Shown here one piece after another: positions 9,599 through 18,257 of a stretch of DNA of 64,000 nt; position 1 is the first letter of the stretch, and each line of letters begins with the position of its first letter. Under the pieces are notes generated by a model that was not told the origin of the DNA, ran no database searches, and was given only the letters and a program-made list of their open reading frames with translations. The position numbers and the translations under genes were made by a program. The stretch lies in IMG/VR virus record IMGVR_UViG_3300009514_000005, positions 32,001 to 96,000 of that record; one strand, given 5' to 3'. The DNA comes from a virus.

Positions 9599-10657
9599 CT
9601 AAACAACCTCCTTCAACTCAATCCATAGTAAATTATTCATGGCGGAATTTAAATCCGATTCACTGTAATCACCAGGATCTTTTCCTTTTAAAGAATCAAT
9701 CACGTCAAAATAGAAATCTTCTTTTTCCCACTTGCCAGGCTTGCTTCCATCTCTCTTCTCAAATAATGTATTTTTTTTAACCCCGGCTATCCCACACTTC
9801 AAGCCTTTGATTAAAAGAAGTTTTCCAAATTCTTCAGCAAATTGCAATCCCTGACCATCATCATCTGCGTCAGGAAAAAATACAACCTCTTTAAACCATT
9901 TCCTAATTTTCATAATTTGCTCATCACCCAGGCTAGTGCCCATTGACCCAAGAGTATTAATGACGCCAAGTTTTTCCAGGTTGAACACATCAAAAAATCC
10001 TTCAACGATATGGACTCGTTTCATATCTCTATCGACAAACTTCTCTCCAAATAAATATTTCTCTTTTTTAAATCCTCTCTCATGCAAATACTTTGGCTTT
10101 TGCTCTCCAGTCACGTCTCGGCCAGATGCGCCAACAAGGGTCCCGGTGAAATCCCTAACTGGTATCATCATTCTTTTTTTGTACTGACTGTATCCTATCT
10201 CCCAACGATTTATTTGCTCCTTTGTCATTCCTTTTTCTATAGCAATATTAGGAACAAGCTTTAACCAAATCTTGAGATCGTCTTCAGAAACAACTTTTCT
10301 TTTCTTGCCCTTCCAGTTAACTAAATTTTTCGTATATGTTCCATGTCCTTCATAGGTAGACAATTTTGTCCATCCACTCTTTGGTCTATCTATCGATGCT
10401 GCAAATTCATAAGGAGCTGCATTCCCGGAATGATCTCTATACAGTCTGGCGAGCTTCATTGCTGAGCCTTGGTTTTGACATGACCAACATTTAAATACCG
10501 CTGGATCTCCGGCCTTGGCTGTCATACTTGGATTTTTATCTACGCCAGACGGATGAGTCCATTGAGCCAAAGGACATTTTACATAGTACTGGCCCCTGGA
10601 TCCCTTGGCCCTTGTGTTCATCATTTGAAATAAAGTTTCCAACTGTGATTCAGTCAT
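9599..10657 (-). CDS. dnaG: DNA primase (CHC2 zinc finger plus TOPRIM)
   Basis: CP...H...D..PS...FKCWSC, PKYLH, VEGFFDV, FPDADDDG. Confidence 0.85.
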   Translation of the reverse strand: MTESQLETLFQMMNTRAKGSRGQYYVKCPLAQWTHPSGVDKNPSMTAKAGDPAVFKCWSCQNQGSAMKLARLYRDHSGNAAPYEFAASIDRPKSGWTKLSTYEGHGTYTKNLVNWKGKKRKVVSEDDLKIWLKLVPNIAIEKGMTKEQINRWEIGYSQYKKRMMIPVRDFTGTLVGASGRDVTGEQKPKYLHERGFKKEKYLFGEKFVDRDMKRVHIVEGFFDVFNLEKLGVINTLGSMGTSLGDEQIMKIRKWFKEVVFFPDADDDGQGLQFAEEFGKLLLIKGLKCGIAGVKKNTLFEKRDGSKPGKWEKEDFYFDVIDSLKGKDPGDYSESDLNSAMNNLLWIELKEVV

Positions 10658-10659
10658 GC

Positions 10660-11934
10660 TTAAAAATTATCATCATCGTAAAAATTCATATTTCCCCTGG
10701 ATTCTCCATTACCAGGTTTTTCAAAATCTCCTATTTCACTAAAATCCATATTTACCATATCCCAATTAATCTCGAGAGGATCCCCGGATGTTTCCCCCTC
10801 TCTTACCTTCAGTGGATGAATATGCATTCTTCCATCTTGCTTTTGTTCTTTGTTTTGAGAAAGGGCAAAAATATTTGTAGCATTCCAGCCAATAACATCT
10901 GACAAGGCCAAATGCTCAGTTCCCACCTTGCCCTTGGTTTTAGTTGCTTCTCGATTAAGCTGAGTAGTTCCAATGAGAGGCATTTTATGTCTTTGAGCGT
11001 AAGTTTTAAAATCCTCCACTACTTCAGCCATGTTATCAAATCTGTTTTTTCCCCCAGCCTTAACTCGATAACACGAATCAATAATCACAATATCGGCATT
11101 CGATCGATCCATTGCGATATCAATATCAACAGAAGTAAGTCCTTTTTGATGCTCTAAAATATCTATGCCTTTATGATTTCTTAATTCGGTTAATTGTTCA
11201 AAAAATTTCTCTCTATTAAAAGTTCCAAGCTTTCCTTTTCGAATGGCTGCATATTGAATTTGGGTTTTAATTGCATAAAGTCTTTGAGCGATATCTTCCT
11301 TGGTCATCTCAGCAGAAATAAACAACACCTTTCTTCCTGCTACATGGGCTTTTAACGCCACCATGATAGCCCAAAAACTTTTTCCAACGCCAGATCTTGC
11401 AACACAAAAACTAATATCTCCAGGAAACCATCCCATGGTCCACTCATCCATTGATGGCCAAGGAGTTGGAATTCCCCGAATCCCAGATTCAGCATCTAAA
11501 TATTTTTGCTTAATAGAGTCAGTTAAAGCGAATACATCAATCAATTCAAAATCAGTCATACCTTCTTGATCTTGAATCTTTAAAAATTTTCGAAGTAGCT
11601 CAAGGGCATCTCTTGGCTTATCCTCTATGGTCAGCAGAGAAACTTCGGTTCCTAGATCCGACAAATCTCGACTAAGACTTCTATCTAAAATCTTCTCGGA
11701 CCAATGCTCAATAGGGGTTGATTCGTTTGGAATATCAAGATTAAATTCTGCCTTTACGGCAACGCTAGAAGGAACTTTTCCATGCTTTTGATAAAATACT
11801 TGAATAAATTTCCAAATATCTTTAGATATTCCATCAATGTGTTTTTCTTTGATTCCTTTTTTAAGAGCGGTGGCATAGCCATCATCCATGATTATTTTGC
11901 CAATCAATCCCAAATCAATATCTTTATCTTCCAT
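10660..11934 (-). CDS. dnaB: Replicative DnaB-like helicase
   Basis: Walker A ARSGVGKS, ISAEMT, Walker B IVIIDS, QLNR, adjacent to primase. Confidence 0.9.
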   Translation of the reverse strand: MEDKDIDLGLIGKIIMDDGYATALKKGIKEKHIDGISKDIWKFIQVFYQKHGKVPSSVAVKAEFNLDIPNESTPIEHWSEKILDRSLSRDLSDLGTEVSLLTIEDKPRDALELLRKFLKIQDQEGMTDFELIDVFALTDSIKQKYLDAESGIRGIPTPWPSMDEWTMGWFPGDISFCVARSGVGKSFWAIMVALKAHVAGRKVLFISAEMTKEDIAQRLYAIKTQIQYAAIRKGKLGTFNREKFFEQLTELRNHKGIDILEHQKGLTSVDIDIAMDRSNADIVIIDSCYRVKAGGKNRFDNMAEVVEDFKTYAQRHKMPLIGTTQLNREATKTKGKVGTEHLALSDVIGWNATNIFALSQNKEQKQDGRMHIHPLKVREGETSGDPLEINWDMVNMDFSEIGDFEKPGNGESRGNMNFYDDDNF

Positions 11935-11942
11935 TCAACACC

Positions 11943-12569
11943 TCAATCAAACTTTATACAGATTCCTTTGCGAACAATATAAGACATCATGTTAGACATA
12001 ACTTTTTCTAATTCATCCATGTCCAAATGAGAGGCAAAAATAGTTGGCTTCAGGTTGTCATATCTTTTTCTAAGAATCTGATCCAAATAATGATTACAGA
12101 ATTTTGTATCAGCCCCAACATCATATAATCCTAAACATCTAACCGAACTCAAATGTTCAATCGCTGACCTATCATCTATCTCTGAAGTTGATTCAACCCA
12201 TGTCCTTAAATTCAAAACTGAAATACAAAAAGATGTATAGCGATGACGCTGGAAAAATTTCAACAAAATAGCCATTGCGGTTTCAGCCATAGCCATATCT
12301 TCTTTGTTCACCAATAAAAGACTCTTCTCCATATAGCCATCGGCATTTTTCCATCTATCAACAAATATTTTTAACTTGGGTAAAATATCCTCAGGAATAT
12401 CAGAACGCTGAACATCCCAAAGTCTCTTAGGAAGGTTCATGTCCCGATAAATCGAAGGACCAAGTTTGATCTTTAAAGTTCCTCCATCGGTAACTTCGTA
12501 GACCTTCGATGTGTATCCAGACTCTTCGAGGATTCTTTTTTGGATTTCCTTATCGACTCCAGGGTCCAT
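11943..12569 (-). CDS. DnaC/IstB-like helicase loader with degenerate Walker motifs
   Basis: C-terminus LDQILRKRYDNLKPTIFASHL is DnaC-like and the gene lies between initiator and DnaB. No GxxGxGKT. Start refined to ATG 12569 (AAGGAGG SD). Confidence 0.6.
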   Translation of the reverse strand: MDPGVDKEIQKRILEESGYTSKVYEVTDGGTLKIKLGPSIYRDMNLPKRLWDVQRSDIPEDILPKLKIFVDRWKNADGYMEKSLLLVNKEDMAMAETAMAILLKFFQRHRYTSFCISVLNLRTWVESTSEIDDRSAIEHLSSVRCLGLYDVGADTKFCNHYLDQILRKRYDNLKPTIFASHLDMDELEKVMSNMMSYIVRKGICIKFD

Positions 12570-13858
12570 CGTCCCTCCTTTATTTTTTTGCATGTCGCGT
12601 ACCTCCACTCTACAGTCATCTCATCAAATCGGGGATCCTCTGAAAGAGCCCTCCCAGACGGAACAAACTCATCCCAATGATCACGAAGAAACTCCCAGTT
12701 CTCGACGATATATGTCATAAGCTCTTTGGCCTGTTCAAGCCCAAGATCACCAATCATGCCTTTGGCATCCTTCGTCTGGCTGGATCTGATCTCATTGTGG
12801 CAGCTATACCCAGATTTCCTCATGACCTCGGAAAACGCCTTGTAAAGCTTCTTTGCCTTGTGGGATATGTTCTGGTCTATCCCAGGGCCCTTTCTCTTCT
12901 TAGGCGAAGAGCTAGCCATCTCCTTGTCCCGCTCCTTCTTTCGTTGGTAAGCTCTTTTGTCGGCTTCCCGTTTTTTCTCTTTCTGAGCTTCATACCAATC
13001 GTCAGGCCCCTTTTTGGGTTTGGCGTATTTCTTCTTGTCGAAAGGCAATAGCTCTTCATTGGCGTTACCATCATCATGGACATGTCCACCTAACCCCATG
13101 ATTACTTTATGACTAGCCTTGCTATCATCATCTTGCGTCATTTTTTCGCGGCCCCCGGCGTTATACCTATCGCATTGTGTCGTCTTCTGACCCGTCACAG
13201 CATCATTGTACACCATGTCGTAATCAATGCCCCTTGTCAGGTTACAGTACATTGTGTCGTAATGATTCCTCTTGTCATTATAGTACAGTACGTCATCATA
13301 GTACGTTGCGTCGTAATGATTCCCCTTGTCACATTCTTTTACGACACTTTGTGTTAACCTGTTTTTACACAGGGGGTCACTTAGTCTTGTTAAATGAGTA
13401 TTATTAACCTTAGTCTTATTAGTGTTCATTTTTTGAACTACCTGGTGTTCATTTATTGAACTAGGGGTAGTGCAATTATTGAACTCCATCATGTACCCCC
13501 CCTGCGTTATCAGTTCATTTTTTGAACCTACTCCATTATTTGGAGAGACATCGTCCCAAAGAGGTTTAGGCGTAGCGTTAAGCATCCATGATTCTGGCCC
13601 TAAGCACTCGTAATTATTAGACTTTCCGCAGTCATTTCGCCTTACATCAACTAAGCCCTTAATGGTTAATTCTTTCAAAACTTTAGCTATAGTTGCCCTG
13701 CTTTTAAGTCCACTTAGCTCCATTAGCTTTTTATAACTAGGAAAAGCCGGATTAAAATGAGCCAAAACACAGTAAACCCGAAAAGCAGATGGAGAAATGT
13801 TCTCTCCAGCCCTAATAAGGTCGTTTGGGATCATGGTAAAATTCTTATTTTTCTTCAA
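12473..13858 (-). CDS. Phage replication initiator (N-terminal winged HTH, lambda-O-like layout)
   Basis: FTMIPN...AFRVYCVL...FPSYKKLMELSGL.SRATI.KVLKEL..KGLV HTH, then iteron-containing linker and the N-N-T rich motif (MNTNKTKVNNT). Confidence 0.8.
   Translation of the reverse strand: MKKNKNFTMIPNDLIRAGENISPSAFRVYCVLAHFNPAFPSYKKLMELSGLKSRATIAKVLKELTIKGLVDVRRNDCGKSNNYECLGPESWMLNATPKPLWDDVSPNNGVGSKNELITQGGYMMEFNNCTTPSSINEHQVVQKMNTNKTKVNNTHLTRLSDPLCKNRLTQSVVKECDKGNHYDATYYDDVLYYNDKRNHYDTMYCNLTRGIDYDMVYNDAVTGQKTTQCDRYNAGGREKMTQDDDSKASHKVIMGLGGHVHDDGNANEELLPFDKKKYAKPKKGPDDWYEAQKEKKREADKRAYQRKKERDKEMASSSPKKRKGPGIDQNISHKAKKLYKAFSEVMRKSGYSCHNEIRSSQTKDAKGMIGDLGLEQAKELMTYIVENWEFLRDHWDEFVPSGRALSEDPRFDEMTVEWRYATCKKIKEGRWTLESIRKSKKESSKSLDTHRRSTKLPMEEL
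13217..13331. repeat. Three ~22-bp direct repeats GTCGTAAT(GATTC/CAATG)C(C/T)CTTGTCA inside the initiator gene
   Basis: Copies start at 13217, 13256 and 13310. Confidence 0.8.
13424..13527. repeat. Four palindromic GTTCA-N5-TGAAC iteron-like repeats (putative replication origin)
   Basis: Copies at 13424, 13447, 13470 (GTGCA variant) and 13513. The first three have exact 23-bp spacing. Confidence 0.75.
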
Positions 13859-13891
13859 AACAACTCCTTTTGTATGTGGGGAATCGGCAAA

Positions 13892-14239
13892 TCAAGAACC
13901 TGAACTCACAAGACAAAGATGGCCTTTGGCAATCAAAGGGACTTCATGCGATGCACCAATGCTAAACTTCCAAGATTCTTGGCCAAGACAAAAATAAGAA
14001 TTTGGGGATTCGAAAGAATCACCTTGCTCTATTTTAATCAAACCCTTGCTAGCCAGTTCTTTTAGAGTCTTAGAAATAGTCGTGTCACTTTTGACGCCAC
14101 TAAGTATCCTGAAATCCTCATAAGCAATAAAGGCATGTTCAGATCTCAAAATGATTGCATAAAAAAGAAAAGCCCGAGGAGAAAGCTCTGCTTCATCAAG
14201 AACCTCTGCTGGAATCATTAACAAACCATCTTTAACCAT
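13892..14239 (-). CDS. Stand-alone winged-HTH protein, paralog of the initiator N-terminus
   Basis: MIP...LSPRAF..Y..L...AF..YE....LSGVKS.TTISKTLKEL..KGLI...NSYFCLGQESW aligns by eye with initiator residues 9-95. Start refined to ATG 14239. Confidence 0.8.
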   Translation of the reverse strand: MVKDGLLMIPAEVLDEAELSPRAFLFYAIILRSEHAFIAYEDFRILSGVKSDTTISKTLKELASKGLIKIEQGDSFESPNSYFCLGQESWKFSIGASHEVPLIAKGHLCLVSSGS

Positions 14240-14260
14240 ATCAGCTCCAATCAATTGGAC

Positions 14261-14332
14261 AAAAAAGGGACGCCCTCCCTTGTTATGTGGAAATTATGCT
14301 GATCTCCATAAGACCAAGAAGAAAGGCGTCCC
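14261..14332 (-). terminator. Long hairpin (GGGACGCC/GGCGTCCC base) followed by U6, upstream of the replication operon
   Basis: Perfect 8-bp inverted repeat 14267-14274/14325-14332, inner imperfect pairing, T6 on the minus strand. Confidence 0.55.
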
Positions 14333-14488
14333 AGGTGACTCCCTAAGGAGGCAACTCTAAAATATAAAACTTTTCCAGAAATCGAAGATCAGCATGGAGG
14401 AATGGTTTCACTAGCTGAATTGGCTGGCAAGTGCTTTGTTAAGACACCCAGTACAAGAAGTACATTACTATTTGTAATTTAACGGATA

Positions 14489-15376
14489 TTAATATTTACT
14501 CATTACGCAATGACCATGAGACATCTTATACTCTTTAAGCTCCTCATCAGTCATATAACCATATTTAGCAACCGCTTCATTAAGTTTTTCTGGCAAAAAT
14601 TTACGACCCCAAACTCCAAGGTTTTTATTTCCCTTATCCTCATTGGCTTTTAATTTGTTTTCTTCTATTCGAACCCAATCTTGATAGTCTTCCGGATGAA
14701 ACCTATAGAGCCAAAGTAATTCAATCTCGTTCATAAATGGACAAAGAATACAATTTGATGGAACCGGAACTTGGTTACCAGTTGAAGAAATATATTCCTG
14801 GCATCCTTTTCTGTCTAAACCAAGATCCACCAGTGGATAAATATGATTAATGGATTTTTTTCTCCACTTCATGGAATCCTTAGATGGATCTGCCATTCTT
14901 TTTTCTTCTCCAGAGGCAATACCAATCATCATTTTAATTTTTCCATACCGCTCTGCAAATCGAAGAAAGGCTTTCTTTCTTCCTTTGTCAACTCCATATT
15001 TCTTATGAAGCCAATCCTCTAAAAATTTATAGATAGGTTGAATCTTAAGTTTATCAGTGCAGGTTTTAGGGAAAGCTTTGGATCCAACAGTATTTTTAAG
15101 ATTATAAAAACCTCTCAACGACTGCCAAGAATCATAATGATATCCCATGTCACTGGTAAGGTGAACAAACTCAATTTTGTTTTTACCGCAAAATTTTTTA
15201 ATATTTTCAACATGACTATAAGTGTCCCGATGTTCATCACCAGTATCAGACATAATTACCAAAAAATCATTTGGAGCATATTTAGATCGGAACCCCTGAT
15301 CGTAAACATATTTGTAAAGGAGAGTAGTTGAATCCTGCCCTCCTCCAAATGATAAAATCGTTAACTGATCACTCAT
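14489..15376 (-). CDS. PAPS-reductase-like / PP-loop adenine nucleotide alpha-hydrolase family protein
   Basis: ILSFGGGQDST PP-loop, SDTGDEH, CTDKLKIQP, YPLVDLGLDRKGC, SNCILCPF. Confidence 0.75.
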   Translation of the reverse strand: MSDQLTILSFGGGQDSTTLLYKYVYDQGFRSKYAPNDFLVIMSDTGDEHRDTYSHVENIKKFCGKNKIEFVHLTSDMGYHYDSWQSLRGFYNLKNTVGSKAFPKTCTDKLKIQPIYKFLEDWLHKKYGVDKGRKKAFLRFAERYGKIKMMIGIASGEEKRMADPSKDSMKWRKKSINHIYPLVDLGLDRKGCQEYISSTGNQVPVPSNCILCPFMNEIELLWLYRFHPEDYQDWVRIEENKLKANEDKGNKNLGVWGRKFLPEKLNEAVAKYGYMTDEELKEYKMSHGHCVMSKY

Positions 15377-15393
15377 AACTTTTCCCCATGCCC

Positions 15394-16959
15394 TTATTTT
15401 TTAGGGGAGTTAACATAATGAAGTTCGCTCTTGGCTCTCGTGATAGCCACATAAATCAAATTATCCTCTTGGTTTTTCTGCCAATTCTGAACGGCATATT
15501 TCGAAGGAAGAAGCCAGCGATCCAAGAAGAAAACCCTTATACACTCTAAGCCTTTTGACTTATGAACAGTGGAAAGGTTTACCAAGTTTTGGCTTAGGAC
15601 CGCTCCGTTTCTCACCTCTTCTTTTTGGAAAAGATTCTCAATTGATTTGATTAATTCCGAAACAGAGTTTGCTCCACTCATCTCAATAAAAATTTCTACA
15701 ACCTCAACTCTATCTTCAATTCTGGAAACATCAGCTTTAGGACTTTTTTCAAGAAGTCTTTCGATCTCTCTTTCCTTCCAATTATCAAGTTTCTCAGTGA
15801 GCTTAACAAGATTCTTAGCCTTCATTCTTTCAATGAGAGAAACAATTCCCTTGGCCAAATCTCTACCAAGAATGGTGGCTGGTACTCGATCACCAATTAA
15901 TCTATAGGCCAATCGAATAAGAGGAGCCGTATTCCTACAAACAACCAGATCACCCTTGCGAAACATATCAGTTTGATATTCTCCACGATCCTCAACATGA
16001 CCCTCAGGAGCCCCATCAAAAGCTTCGATATGATCAACCACCTCTTGAGCTTCCTCTACAATTTTTTGTGGACATCGATAAGAAGTCGAAAGAGGAAGTC
16101 TCTTACAGTTAAAAGTTTTAACGATATTTTCCATAGAATCAGAATCAGCTCCTCTAAATCCATAGATAGCCTGACAAGGATCCCCAACAGCAACAAGCCT
16201 TCCATTTCTTTTTAAAGTTTTCGCAATAAGAGATCTTTGAATTTTGGAAACATCCTGGGCTTCATCAACGAAAACAAAATCATTGGTGAACATAGGAATA
16301 TTAAAAATAACTGGAAGGTAAAGCTGATCATCAAAATCAATCATTTCATCACGCTTTTCGATTCCAACCTTGAGAAGAATCCTGGCCATCTCAACCATTT
16401 TTTCACGATCTTTTCCTGGATCAAATTCCTCTTCGGTATCAGATTCAAATTTACTTCCACCTTCATTGGGCTGAATATCATAACGATCAATCAGATCATC
16501 CCAAACTGAATCCTCATCCTTAGTGAGAGCGTTTAAATCCATCCCGCTAGGAACGATTCCGATACCTTTTGCAAGCCCAACAAGCTTAACCGCTGCGGAT
16601 CCCAATCTCTCAATGGTTCTTTCGGTATAGTCTGGGGAGATATAATCATTGAAAAGTTTCCAAGTCTTCTGAGTCTCAAGATTAGGCCGACCATCAACAT
16701 ATCTTGCCCAAGCACCGTGACCAAGACCATTCAAAGTCTTTGCGATAACATGACCCGGAACACGATCACTCAATTCATTGGCGATGCTTTTATTAAAAGC
16801 CAAAAAGATCACCCTTTTATTTTGAGGAATTAATTCCAAAGCCTTAATAATAGTTGTTGTCTTTCCGGATCCTGCAACTGCCTCCACGACAGCAGATCCC
16901 TCACCGTTTTTAATAAACTCAAAAACCGCTTCCTGATACTTGCTTGGTTTAAAACTCAT
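15394..16959 (-). CDS. UvrD/Rep-family superfamily 1 helicase
   Basis: AVAGSGKTT, VDEAQD, VGDPCQAIYGFRGA, STVHKSKGLE, YVAITRAK. Confidence 0.92.
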   Translation of the reverse strand: MSFKPSKYQEAVFEFIKNGEGSAVVEAVAGSGKTTTIIKALELIPQNKRVIFLAFNKSIANELSDRVPGHVIAKTLNGLGHGAWARYVDGRPNLETQKTWKLFNDYISPDYTERTIERLGSAAVKLVGLAKGIGIVPSGMDLNALTKDEDSVWDDLIDRYDIQPNEGGSKFESDTEEEFDPGKDREKMVEMARILLKVGIEKRDEMIDFDDQLYLPVIFNIPMFTNDFVFVDEAQDVSKIQRSLIAKTLKRNGRLVAVGDPCQAIYGFRGADSDSMENIVKTFNCKRLPLSTSYRCPQKIVEEAQEVVDHIEAFDGAPEGHVEDRGEYQTDMFRKGDLVVCRNTAPLIRLAYRLIGDRVPATILGRDLAKGIVSLIERMKAKNLVKLTEKLDNWKEREIERLLEKSPKADVSRIEDRVEVVEIFIEMSGANSVSELIKSIENLFQKEEVRNGAVLSQNLVNLSTVHKSKGLECIRVFFLDRWLLPSKYAVQNWQKNQEDNLIYVAITRAKSELHYVNSPKK

Positions 16960-16996
16960 TAAGCCTCCTTCAAATTAATATCCAAAACCTACCCCC

Positions 16997-17047
16997 ATTA
17001 TCAGGTATATTCATCTAAATGTAAAGATAATTTCTTGACAAAACGTA
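16997..17047 (-). promoter_or_regulatory. Sigma70-like leftward promoter TTTACA-N17-GATAAT (copy 1 of a conserved 51-bp element)
   Basis: -35 at 17025-17020, -10 at 17002-16997, nearly identical element at 25762-25812. Confidence 0.7.
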
Positions 17048-17079
17048 TTTTATTTACCCTAGAAATATCAACCACTTAA

Positions 17080-17092
17080 GACTTGCCAAGTC
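17080..17092. promoter_or_regulatory. Perfect 13-bp palindrome GACTTG-C-CAAGTC, candidate operator for the sulfation cassette
   Basis: Lies 15 bp upstream of an extended -10 (TGgTATGAT, 17108-17116). Confidence 0.35.
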
Positions 17093-17122
17093 AAATAGAA
17101 AGGCTAATGGTATGATTTGGAT

Positions 17123-17314
17123 ATGAAGCTCTTTGTAAAAACCATCTCCTGGCGATTTATAGCTATGTCTACAACCGGCTTGATCTCTTACGTTCTCACG
17201 GGTTCAATTGAGATAGCGACTAGTATCATGAGCGTTGAAGTGGTGATAAAAAGTCTTTTATATTATGCTCACGAAAAGATATGGATTAAATACGGAGGAT
17301 CCCATGAAAAATAG
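17123..17314 (+). CDS. DUF2061-family small membrane protein
   Basis: KTISWRFIA...SYVLTG.I.IA.SI...EV..K..LYYAHEKIW signature. Confidence 0.85.
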   Translation: MKLFVKTISWRFIAMSTTGLISYVLTGSIEIATSIMSVEVVIKSLLYYAHEKIWIKYGGSHEK

Positions 17315-18227
17315 AGCAATCTGGCTTACCGGCCTCCCGTGTGCGGGGAAAACCACTATAGCTCAAGAACTTGTAAAACTCATCCCAAACTCCACCATTC
17401 TCGATGGAGACATAATTCGATCAGGGCCCCTAGGCCAAGGGGTAGGGTTTTCCAAAGAAGACAGAGAAGCCCATATTAAGCGAATGGGGCATATAGCAAA
17501 AATTCTCTTAGACTCTGGGATAACCCCAATCTGTTCCTTCGTTTCTCCGTCAAGAGAAACCAGGGAAGAGATTAAAGAGTTCATAGGTAAAGATCGGTTC
17601 TTTGAGATTTTCATAGATCCTCCCTTGGAGGTATGCATCAAAAGAGACGTTAAGGGAATGTATGCTAAAGCCATGCGTGGCGAGATCCAAAATTTTACTG
17701 GAATCGATGCAACTTACGAAAAGCCAACTAACCCAAGCCTAAGAATTGATACCGATAAAATCTCCCTAAAAGACACGGTTAATTTTATTGTAGGCAAACT
17801 TAAAATTTATCCAGAAAGAGCTGCCTTTTTTATTGGCCGATGGAACGGTGCCTTACATTTGGGGCATGAGGAAATTTTCAATCAAGAATTAAGCAAAGGC
17901 AAAAGGATTGTTCTTCTCATTAGAAACGTTAGGCCAGACGAAAAAAATCCTTGGACCGCTAAAGAAGTCAAGGAAATGCTGGACTATAGATACAAAGATA
18001 ATGACAGTGTAAGCACTATGATTGTTCCAGATCTTGAGAGTGTTAACTACGGTAGAGGCGTTGGATATGAAGTAAAAGAGATAAAGGTTTCAGGAAAGAT
18101 AGCCGGGATCAGTGGAACAAAATGCAGAGAAATGATTCAAGACAATAACCCTGAATGGAAAAAACTAGTATCTCATAATGTTATTGAATTTTTAGAGCTG
18201 AAATATAGCAAAGAAAATAAAAAATAA
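17304..18227 (+). CDS. cysC: Adenylyl-sulfate (APS) kinase fused to a HIGH-type nucleotidyltransferase domain
   Basis: IWLTGLPCAGKTT, LDGD, GFSKEDR, SFVSP, KRDVKGMYAKA...NFTGID. C-terminal FIGRWNGALHLGH...NPWT...ISGTKCR. Start refined to 17304 (GGAGG SD). Confidence 0.9.
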   Translation: MKNRAIWLTGLPCAGKTTIAQELVKLIPNSTILDGDIIRSGPLGQGVGFSKEDREAHIKRMGHIAKILLDSGITPICSFVSPSRETREEIKEFIGKDRFFEIFIDPPLEVCIKRDVKGMYAKAMRGEIQNFTGIDATYEKPTNPSLRIDTDKISLKDTVNFIVGKLKIYPERAAFFIGRWNGALHLGHEEIFNQELSKGKRIVLLIRNVRPDEKNPWTAKEVKEMLDYRYKDNDSVSTMIVPDLESVNYGRGVGYEVKEIKVSGKIAGISGTKCREMIQDNNPEWKKLVSHNVIEFLELKYSKENKK

Positions 18228-18257
18228 CTTAGCCCGAAATGCGGTTAGAATAGAACC

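Noticed and set aside
12575-12595. Frameshift fusion of initiator and DnaC-like gene at an A7 run
   Set aside because: A strong AAGGAGG SD precedes ATG 12569, so independent initiation explains the overlap more simply.
14400-14488. tRNA or other known ncRNA in intergenic gaps (also 25760-26040 and 40660-40750)
   Set aside because: No cloverleaf, T-loop GTTCRA or CCA context found by eye. A covariance-model search would be needed to exclude it fully.
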